Positions 18,501 to 24,651 of a DNA stretch of 24,651 nt are shown one piece after another. The notes beneath the pieces were generated by a model. That model made no database searches. It was given only the letters and a program-made list of their open reading frames with translations, and was not told the origin of the DNA. Position numbers and translations under genes: made by a program. Source of the DNA: a virus (taxonomy: Duplodnaviria; Caudoviricetes); IMG/VR virus record IMGVR_UViG_3300008261_000547, positions 1 through 24,651 of that record. One strand, written 5' to 3'. Numbering within the stretch: position 1 is the stretch's first letter; each line of letters opens with the position of its first letter.

Positions 18501-21500
18501 AGGTGTTGGAGCTAATTCAAATGTTGAAGCTCTAAGAATTTTATCTAATGGTAATGTCGGCATAGGAACGGTAAGTCCTGTTACTAAATTACATATTGAA
18601 CAAATTCAAAATGCGGAATCACTAATAACACTTAGAAATAACCGACAAGACCTTGCTGATGTACCTATTTTTGGAATTTCAGCTCAAAATGGCATCACTG
18701 ATGTTGCAAAAATAAGTTTTTATAGAGGGGGTGGAGGAAATGCCGGTTACTTAACATTTTCTACAAAGGCCGACAACGCATCATCACTAACAGAAAAGGT
18801 TCGTATTGATGGATCTGGAAATGTTGGCATAGGACAAACAAATCCTTTATCTAAATTTGTTGTAAGCGGCGGCACTGTTAATACAACTACTTATACTACT
18901 TCAGAAGCTAGAATTGCAGACGGTTCTTTGCATTTGATGAAAACTGTTGCTGGTGGAATATTTGAGTCCATCAGAGCAATGAATATGGACACTACGGCTG
19001 GAACAACCGTAAGAGTCTTGGCTGCTTCTACATCAGATCCATTTAATAATGGTAATGGTGGAAAAGTATTTATTGATGCAATACGCACTGCTACCAACAT
19101 GGACCTTGCGTTTTCTCTTAACGATGTAGCTGGTGCAGCAGCCGTAGAACGTGTAAGGTTCATGGGGAATGGTAATGTTGGTATAGGTACAGCGATTCCT
19201 AGTTCTCCACTACATGTATTTAATACATCTGCTACTCTTGCTACGTTTACGAGAGATCTTGCTACAGATGCAGGATTCGCTATAGGAGCAGACAATAATG
19301 GAACAGTATTATCTACAATCGGTGTTCATGCCATTCAAATTTATACAAATAACACTGAAAAAGCTAGAATTACATCTGATGGTAAATTAGGAATAGGTAC
19401 GAATACTCCAACTACTCTTTTGTCAGTTGGTGGCGCAGGTTCTACAACAGCAGCAAGCGGTATAACTTTTGGTGGAGATGCTCAAACTAATATTTATCGT
19501 TTTGTTGAAGATACTCTTAAAACAGATGGAGCATTAATTGCAGGGGGATATCTAAGGACTTTAAGTTATGTTCAACTTGTAACTGATTTATATCCGGGTT
19601 CTTATACAGATAATTTAAATCTTAACATAGGGAATACCGCAGGAAATGCTTGGGAAACCGCAATCAAGATCAAACCCGGATCTTATGTCGGTATTGGGAC
19701 TACTCAACCTAGTGGAAAATTACATGTTGTTTCAAGTATAGCTGGCGAGACAGTCTTAAGAGCAGACGGCACAAACGGAACCCTATTCTCAGTCGTTGAT
19801 GACCTTAGCGATTCATTAATGTCAGTAAACAATTCAGCAGGTCTTCCAGTTCTTGAGGTATTTGCTGATGACAGAATTGTCGCAGGACAATACGGAAGCG
19901 GCGATCTAGTGATTAGGAACAATAAAGTTGGAATTGGCAACACTAATCCTTCATTTAAAGTAGACGTAAATGGCTCATTAGGAATAAACGCTTCAACTTC
20001 TGATACTAACTGGCCTTTTGTAGTTTCTGATAATTCTTCTGCTGGAAGCAGATATGGATTAAATAAAGCAGGTTCAATGGGCTTTAATTATGCAGACGCT
20101 TATGCTCAATTACAATTGTTGGGAACAAATGGAGCTTATATTGACTTTGCAAATTCTGTTGGAGGTGATTCTAATGCTAGATTAATTTATTATGCTGGTG
20201 CTAGATTGGATCTTACTTATGGATTTGCGCCTAAAAGCACTATTTCAGTAACCCCTAATGCAATTGGAATAGGAACAACAAACCCCTTATGGGCATTAGA
20301 TGTTAGCAGAACAGCAGTAAGATCTTTCGCAAGTGGAGCAGTAGAACCCGGATTTATTGCCGATTATGCTTCTTCAAATGGTTATGGTGGTTTTTTCGTA
20401 CATACAAATGGAGTAAGAAAGTGGAGAATTGCCGTTGTCGGAGATACTAATACAAGCCCTGCTCTTTCTATATGGCAAGAAGGTATTGGGTCGAGAATGC
20501 ATTTCCGTAACAATGGCGCTGTAGGCGTAGGAACCACAATTCCTGATACTAAATTATCAATTGGAGTCGCTTCTGATTCTGCTTTAGGTAGTACATCAGA
20601 TGGATTAAAAATAACAGATGGAACTAGAAATGTTCAACTATTAAGAAATGGAACTGGTTATAATTATGCTGGAGTAGTAGGTTCTGGTTCAATGTTATAT
20701 AGCTATGATAGAATGCATATCGTAGCAGACACTAGCAATCCAATTCTATTCCACACAAATGGAGCAGAAAGAGTTAGAATAGGACCTGATGGAAATGTTG
20801 GTATAGGTACTACGGCTCCTACTAATAAATTACAAGTTGTCGGTCAAATAGCAATCAAAGGAGATGAGTCAGCGGATAATGCAAAAATGTATTTCCAAGC
20901 TTCTGACAATTCTAATAGATATACTGTTGAAACAGATTTAGATGGGAATACTAATAATGATCTTTTAATTTTTAGATCCAATACCGTTGATAACATGCTT
21001 GTTTTAAAGGGTAATGGCAATGTTGGAATAGGCACAACGAATCCTGCTCATAAATTAGAAGTATTTAATACAGCAAATAGTCAAACATATGTAAGAGTAA
21101 ATAACCAAGATACTGGCGGTTCTGCATATGCAGGTTTAGATCTACAAAGTTATGGCGGCGGATGGCAAGTAAGAGTACCTGCAAGTACGACATTTGTAAA
21201 TCCATTAATTTTCTCTTTTAATGAAGCTGAAAGAGCTAGAATAACATCTGCTGGCAATGTTGGAATTGGTCTAACTGTACCAACTGACAAAATTCAAATC
21301 TCTGGAGGAGGAATATCTTTAACTACTTCTACAGGTTTAGCGGTTCCAATGCTTGGAATGACGCCGCTAAATATTGCATACGTTGGGCCTTATAATACGC
21401 CAACAGATGGCAATGCCCCTTCTACAGTTTTATTTAATCATGGAGCCTCTGTTCAGCAGACTTGGTTTTACTCTAGCGGTAGTATAGCAATGGTTCTCAA

Positions 21501-22080
21501 TAGGCAAGGTCGTTTGCATATTGGAAATAATAATAATGCTCCAAATTGCCTCCTTTCTGTTGGACCAAGTAGTTCAACTACTGCGGTTAGCGGAATGTGC
21601 TTCGGAAATGACGCTCAAGCTAATTTATATAGATCTGCCGAAGATACAATAAAAACAGATGGAAATCTAGTAGTAGCAGGTACTACCAGTTTAAATGGTC
21701 ACATATATGGTCAAAAGACAGTAGCATTAAGCACTGCTTCTTGGACTACTGTATTGACAGTTAATATGTTGGCTCACAATTCTTGCTATGTTAAGATTGG
21801 AGCATTTGGAGACTGGGGTAATCACAGCGCAGTAGCATTTGTTTCTGAGTTATTTATTCAGAATGGCGACAATGCATATAATACACCCGGAACAATAATA
21901 ACTGCCCATGACAACACAGGAGGAGCCGCTGGAGACAAAATAGATATACAAATAGTAGACCCAGCAGCGGTAGGTACTCAAAACTTTTTAATACAATTAA
22001 AATTAATTTCTGCAACTTCTTCAACAAATTCATCTCTAATTACATATCATGTAATGGGACAACAAGCATCAGTAACATAA
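12541..22080 (+). CDS. Giant fibre / adhesin protein (3179 aa) with GNVGIGTTNP repeats
   Basis: About 25 [N/x][VI]G[IV]G-x3-P-x2-KL[HDE]V repeats, often preceded by ERMRI-like motifs and separated by variable beta modules. Confidence 0.9.
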   Translation: MAQFAIDEILTTGIQISGFIFDRSYGLGTAGQVLTSTSSGVMWQADSSIIDLSALSGQIVSTGALLNNRINSLSGYVNETFVSGSGTQYYVPRWNTSKELVTGSIYDNGFVGIGITNPSGQLHLRNMGFTNQSGIADSNTFPNATGVFGLVMDHNAYTNGLYRHRFIKVDRSSNLPLYLQQAGGVANQYINLVRFGTHSQSTNTFEVFGDSKINGTTDITSNLLVAGNVGIGSNAPTDFLDFGGVGGKNIVFNYAAYGEGRNSLASIIGNNVKASPTGHSLVRRFKNATDEGNFIKLIYNKGVTFHTNITSALNTDISEDTNERMRINLSGNVGVGTTNPTVRLHVIGSSIITNPSPSANSAVLLVQDNGTATTVTSGATLRVVNDGSSANYSVFEASSAVSNFVILNNGNIGIGTTNPAVKLHIENSGTISSIATVRLVGSTGNNAGSQIEFYKAQTPKAAIGLASAVTGGLSDDLLLLSTNPNSIVLVAGLSGLAEDTIKTDGSLVVAVNATFAGNVGIGLTNPAVKLDVSGGNARFSDYIIIGEDLAYPSNTGSAYLGYSTSPASSPQSNLELIDALSNAIGVNDPLRFRATISGQYFSGNNWYADPAPLSYGTLLNGNANSYLDLVTSSEYSVGISGKRFVVDQGTSYTRPNFILLNTDWNQSFWGFKLNVENSNDLINWTNCITEQAFSTNNTKGTIALSIANSIQGGGASRYFRFSFVANQIISAGALRVNKIRSLGNQNYSSTIPVSTSVAGNLIASVGIISPTITSLSGNLAATGSVLDTKINTLSGYSNSTFATITNLAATGSTLDTKINTLSGYANSTFLSGVGVSNYVPRWSGTKLLVTGSIYDLGTGIGIGTISPGTKLDVVGAVTMPVIRQSTTLYAGTDIIDDNSTRTVYFNIPEGGNNPARYFKVARIKINANYQNVSLNGYFTTTNSALHVGFERKVEFDFIAYAATNPGAPQVTYLKRGPDTTNVLVYAVPDGGGAGTTYYDVYIKNGWYNDTNGELAIRVGYSSAVTVWQAGLDSGTSAPVDTLVNPNSNYAFDTAGNVGVGTTNPTVKLHVVGNGLLTNTSAIDLRIDASSLGNASLTIDRQTTAAESKILLLDANISQWGIAAKALSNNFVIRDADSTERFTILKTNGNIGIGTTNPITKFHVYEATNGNNWGLFAGNVGATLPSAYTYGVLIGSNYSNGFSESNIVWGNGISSNQYFAIGRGSGSGFYSEQLRIDVNGDVGIGNTNPTTLLSVGSAGSTSAASGITFGGDSTANLYRSAAGTLKTDGRLNIVGDADDSTPDLFFNGAGGFGSAAGQVRAWSPNNTTLSWYWDNTQFTYNNFPVRVVNASSVVRVYFAPSSDSYINNASNFGIGTNAPGTRLDVRFPTNPATDNGAGNNVLRVWTTAGYAADVGGAIGLGGEYSGGLLQSFGQIAGRKSNGISGNNAGYLQFATTNNGGTMSEWMRIDAGGNVGIGTTNPVTLLTVGSTTTTTSSMTLQGEYQSSTFNNTNIFNFRHGGFDRWRLLTTQNSAASNDFDFSINAINAAANGYNTFLTIKGLNGNVGIGTNVTPLKLNVSGSIYMAAGSGSAISWANDISSQFLKYDSVTDGMVLSSWNNTTFLTQQTERVRIASNGNVGIGITAPTSKLNVVETTPTGTRIQLGANTVSAYMDANKTVDLLILNAPYGGNPATTSNLGAKWGIKFVGSLESNQIDTIGKTSAIYAVSEDALGYNRGTSLAFYTNQLNDVVYAERMRIYHNGNIGIGITNPSNKLHISGGGISFTTSTGLAVPMIGIVLPTNIAYIGPYTTTTDGNAPTTVVFNQGASVQQSWFYSSGRIAMVLNKEGRLNIAGNLSNTPPALLNVGPASSVDAVSGMSFGNDSSANLYRSAASTIKTDGSLVVVGAATLGPININGGTLGASPVNIALTGFTYAVNNGNVSQITFVEKRFATGGDWTTATTRIQKRVDVTDQAYIEFNPSGALYGMALGVGANSNVEALRILSNGNVGIGTVSPVTKLHIEQIQNAESLITLRNNRQDLADVPIFGISAQNGITDVAKISFYRGGGGNAGYLTFSTKADNASSLTEKVRIDGSGNVGIGQTNPLSKFVVSGGTVNTTTYTTSEARIADGSLHLMKTVAGGIFESIRAMNMDTTAGTTVRVLAASTSDPFNNGNGGKVFIDAIRTATNMDLAFSLNDVAGAAAVERVRFMGNGNVGIGTAIPSSPLHVFNTSATLATFTRDLATDAGFAIGADNNGTVLSTIGVHAIQIYTNNTEKARITSDGKLGIGTNTPTTLLSVGGAGSTTAASGITFGGDAQTNIYRFVEDTLKTDGALIAGGYLRTLSYVQLVTDLYPGSYTDNLNLNIGNTAGNAWETAIKIKPGSYVGIGTTQPSGKLHVVSSIAGETVLRADGTNGTLFSVVDDLSDSLMSVNNSAGLPVLEVFADDRIVAGQYGSGDLVIRNNKVGIGNTNPSFKVDVNGSLGINASTSDTNWPFVVSDNSSAGSRYGLNKAGSMGFNYADAYAQLQLLGTNGAYIDFANSVGGDSNARLIYYAGARLDLTYGFAPKSTISVTPNAIGIGTTNPLWALDVSRTAVRSFASGAVEPGFIADYASSNGYGGFFVHTNGVRKWRIAVVGDTNTSPALSIWQEGIGSRMHFRNNGAVGVGTTIPDTKLSIGVASDSALGSTSDGLKITDGTRNVQLLRNGTGYNYAGVVGSGSMLYSYDRMHIVADTSNPILFHTNGAERVRIGPDGNVGIGTTAPTNKLQVVGQIAIKGDESADNAKMYFQASDNSNRYTVETDLDGNTNNDLLIFRSNTVDNMLVLKGNGNVGIGTTNPAHKLEVFNTANSQTYVRVNNQDTGGSAYAGLDLQSYGGGWQVRVPASTTFVNPLIFSFNEAERARITSAGNVGIGLTVPTDKIQISGGGISLTTSTGLAVPMLGMTPLNIAYVGPYNTPTDGNAPSTVLFNHGASVQQTWFYSSGSIAMVLNRQGRLHIGNNNNAPNCLLSVGPSSSTTAVSGMCFGNDAQANLYRSAEDTIKTDGNLVVAGTTSLNGHIYGQKTVALSTASWTTVLTVNMLAHNSCYVKIGAFGDWGNHSAVAFVSELFIQNGDNAYNTPGTIITAHDNTGGAAGDKIDIQIVDPAAVGTQNFLIQLKLISATSSTNSSLITYHVMGQQASVT
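13531..13567 (+). repeat. 37-bp exact direct repeat, copy 1 (copy 2 at 15703-15739)
   Basis: GGTAATGTCGGCGTAGGCACAACAAATCCTACTGTTA is present at both sites. Confidence 0.9.
14872..15027 (+). repeat. Tandem 84-bp (28-aa) coding repeat, about 2 copies
   Basis: NLAATGSVLDTKINTLSGYSNSTFATIT followed by NLAATGSTLDTKINTLSGYANSTF. Confidence 0.85.
17818..18246 (+). repeat. ~140-aa internal duplication, copy 1 (copy 2 at ~21253-21675)
   Basis: Both copies contain ISGGGIS.TTSTGLAVPM...TDGNAP...GASVQQ.WFYSSG.IAMVLN...AVSGM.FGND..ANLYRSA..TIKTDG. Confidence 0.9.
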
Positions 22081-22084
22081 TAAT

Positions 22085-24651
22085 ATGGCTAATAAAACGA
22101 TTCCCGCAATTCAAACAAATGAAGGTAACGTAGGTATAGGTACAACTGCTCCTGCTTATAAATTAGACGTTACTAATTCAATAACTTCTCGTTCTGCTTT
22201 TAATTCTCCAAGATTTTCTAGTGCAGGAACTTATGTTTATGGAGTAACAAATAGTCCAACTTGGGTTATAGGGAATGGGAGTTCTACAAATAATAATGCA
22301 ACCGCTCCTGATGGAACAACTTCTGCTGGTACTTATACCCTTTCAGCAACTTCAGCATTACAATTCGATTTATACCTAACAATTTCAGGATTAACAAATG
22401 GTAGAGTTTATACGGTTGGAATGTGGGTTAAATTAGGAACTGCTACTAATTTTTGTTTAGTAGTTAATAATACAGGAGCTTGGAATACAATTGGAGGCAA
22501 AGCGTTTACGTCAAGTGACGGATTGAGTACTAGTAAATGGACGCACATTTCTTATACTTTTGCAGCAACTGCATCTGGCGCAATAAATCTACACTTAGGA
22601 TATCATCTTGAAACCGGGGTAACTCAGCAAACTGCTGGAACAGTTTTTCTTTGGAATATAGAAATGACAGAATTTTCTTCTACATGGATTGGAAATGTTG
22701 AAGATGAAATAAGATTGCCGGGATCAAGTATCTGGACATCGAGAGGTAATGTTGGCATAGGCACAAATAATCCTTCAGCGAAATTAGAAGTCGCTGGGTC
22801 TTTGAGGGTTACTGGCGTTGGTCAAATTGGACCTGCTGGTGGTTATGGTATTGCATTATTTAATGATCAAACGAATAATTTTATTGGTCAATTATATGGT
22901 AGAGCAAATGGTATTCAATTTACAGACATTTTAGGAAATGCTACTGTTTATATTGCAAGCGGTGGGAATGTTGGAATAGGTGAGCAATCTCCTGTAGCAA
23001 AATTACAGGTTACATCAAATCTTGAAGCGGCTGTCTTTAAAGGAACCGCAACTTTTGGTAGTGCAATTCAAATAGAAGCAAGTTCAGCAGGAGGAAGGCT
23101 TTATCAAATACAGTCAACAGCAAATGGAGCAGGTGAAGGCGGCGGCAGATTGTTGCTCGTTGATAAAACTGCGGCTGCTACAAGATTAACTATTAAAAGT
23201 GATGGAAATGTTGGAATAGGAACTACAAATCCAACTAAAAAATTACAAGTCGCTGGAGGTTTATATTGGAATTTAAATGATACTAATGCAGACGAGCATG
23301 TAGTAGCTATAGCAAGAAGTGTCGCCGCCGCAGCAGGTAGTTTTACAGAAATTGGATCTTTAGCTGCTTCTGCTAATTCTATTAGAGCTACTATTGAAAT
23401 ATTTCATCATGATTGCAGCACAATTGAGTACTCAATGTTTGAGTTGATTGCTAATTATTATACTGGAGCGACAACAGATTGGGTTCAATTACCAAGTAGA
23501 ACTCAAGCTCATTATGCAGGTGAGCCTAATGGTGTGGTTGTTGATGCTAGATTAGCTACTACTGGCGGTGCTGTTGATTTGCGTTTTAGATCCTTGGGTG
23601 GTGCTTGTGCCGCAATGGCGGTTTTTGCGAGAATAAAGGCAAACACTGTATTAACAGAAACTACTGCGACAGGTACAGGCGCAACTGTTGCTGGTCTTCT
23701 CGGTTTTAATAGATATGAATTTCCAGTAACAAATGATCGATTTAAAGGCACTTATGATGGTTTATTTATTAAGAATAATGGATTTATTGGAATAGGAAGT
23801 ACAAATCCTCAATCTAAATTATCTATCTCAGGAACAACTGCGGCGATTGCTCTTTCTTTTGGTAATACTGTAGCTAATAATCCTTTAATTTTAAGTACAT
23901 ATAGTGGATGGGCTGGTATTGGAATGGATCAGTCTACTGCTGGTTTAAGATTAGTAGGTGATTATAGTAGCACGACTACTCCACTAGTAGATGTTGGATC
24001 TTATATTGGAGGAGCAGTTTCTCACGCTAACTGGAAAAGTTCATTAAAAGTTTTAAATAACTCTCAAGTTTCAATTGGTGGAGTAACCCCTCTTTCTCTT
24101 CTCGCAATTGGTGGATCGGGTTCAACGACTGCTGCAAGCGGTATTACATTTGGCAATGATGCTCAAGCAAATCTTTACCGCGCTGGCGAAGATACAATTA
24201 AAACAGATGGATCTCTTAACGTTGCTGGATTAATTTATAATGCTAATTCAGCTTATTATTCTTCTCTTTCTAAATCAACTAATGCTAACTGGGGTCAATA
24301 TACAGTAGTATTAGGAAATGCTTCTTATTCTAGTCAGTTAATACAAGTTTCAGTAAATGGTGGAAACCTCGTTTGGGCAGGAACATTTTTAGCTAGTTGT
24401 CATCTTTCTTATCGACCAAATGAAACATGGATTAATGTAAAACTTTTAGAATGTGCCACTTATAATTGCGGTAATGATGACGTTACTCTTTTAGCATTAT
24501 CTAATTCTAACACTAGCCAATATGGAGTACCAGCTTTAGTTTTAAAAACTAATGGTGCTATAAATGGTGGTTATGGTACTGGTTATGCTAATAATATTGT
24601 CGTAACAGTAAACGGTCCATCCCCTAATGAGTTTGTTTTATCATCAAGTTC
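22085..24651 (+). CDS. Second GNVGIG-repeat fibre protein (>855 aa, 3'-truncated; not in ORF track)
   Basis: ATG at 22085 after TAATAAT. Reads MANKTIPAIQTNEGNVGIGTTAP... and stays open to the window end (...VNGPSPNEFVLSSS). Five GIG repeats and a TAASGITFGNDAQANLYR..EDTIKTDG module shared with fibre 1. Confidence 0.9.
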   Translation, partial: MANKTIPAIQTNEGNVGIGTTAPAYKLDVTNSITSRSAFNSPRFSSAGTYVYGVTNSPTWVIGNGSSTNNNATAPDGTTSAGTYTLSATSALQFDLYLTISGLTNGRVYTVGMWVKLGTATNFCLVVNNTGAWNTIGGKAFTSSDGLSTSKWTHISYTFAATASGAINLHLGYHLETGVTQQTAGTVFLWNIEMTEFSSTWIGNVEDEIRLPGSSIWTSRGNVGIGTNNPSAKLEVAGSLRVTGVGQIGPAGGYGIALFNDQTNNFIGQLYGRANGIQFTDILGNATVYIASGGNVGIGEQSPVAKLQVTSNLEAAVFKGTATFGSAIQIEASSAGGRLYQIQSTANGAGEGGGRLLLVDKTAAATRLTIKSDGNVGIGTTNPTKKLQVAGGLYWNLNDTNADEHVVAIARSVAAAAGSFTEIGSLAASANSIRATIEIFHHDCSTIEYSMFELIANYYTGATTDWVQLPSRTQAHYAGEPNGVVVDARLATTGGAVDLRFRSLGGACAAMAVFARIKANTVLTETTATGTGATVAGLLGFNRYEFPVTNDRFKGTYDGLFIKNNGFIGIGSTNPQSKLSISGTTAAIALSFGNTVANNPLILSTYSGWAGIGMDQSTAGLRLVGDYSSTTTPLVDVGSYIGGAVSHANWKSSLKVLNNSQVSIGGVTPLSLLAIGGSGSTTAASGITFGNDAQANLYRAGEDTIKTDGSLNVAGLIYNANSAYYSSLSKSTNANWGQYTVVLGNASYSSQLIQVSVNGGNLVWAGTFLASCHLSYRPNETWINVKLLECATYNCGNDDVTLLALSNSNTSQYGVPALVLKTNGAINGGYGTGYANNIVVTVNGPSPNEFVLSSS

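Noticed and set aside
17818-21675. Diversity-generating retroelement template/variable repeat pair
   Set aside because: Both copies are coding within one ORF, the differences are not adenine-specific and include indels, and no reverse transcriptase is present in the window.
77-23751. All minus-strand ORFs in the track (e.g. 1587-1970, 4898-5086, 8821-9276, 18891-19295)
   Set aside because: They are antisense shadows of long + strand genes with no recognisable motifs. 4898-5086 overlies the stranded portal C-terminus.
12541-24651. CRISPR array or invertible shufflon made from the GGTAATGTTGG-type repeats
   Set aside because: The repeats are degenerate at third codon positions, irregularly spaced and all direct, with no inverted cassettes, recombinase or cas genes.

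Overview
All genuine genes lie on the + strand. The window is the DNA-packaging and head-morphogenesis module of a large, AT-rich tailed dsDNA phage (Caudoviricetes). Gene order: partial coiled-coil protein, C2H2-zinc-finger/ERCC4-type nuclease, terminase large subunit, portal, tail-tube-like protein, two modular probable head-internal proteins, Dps/ferritin-like protein, small beta protein, prohead protease/scaffold, head decoration protein, major capsid protein (MCP), terminator, two small ORFs, terminator, a 3179-aa GNVGIG-repeat fibre, and a second fibre (starting at 22085, missing from the ORF track) that runs off the end. The most striking signal is that two head genes (portal and decoration) lose frame near their 3' ends, with the apparent true C-termini sitting in the +1 frame. 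Two more genes (protease, giant fibre) look as if internal segments are missing in frame. This could be recoding, deletion scars or an assembly artefact. Other signals: a shared GTGTA(A)T-AT-rich late-promoter-like motif, one copy of which precedes a nested scaffold start; a likely leaderless sigma70-type promoter just after the capsid terminator; mostly SD-poor initiation; and a mosaic fibre with DNA-level repeats. Family names come from motif recognition only; no database search was run.
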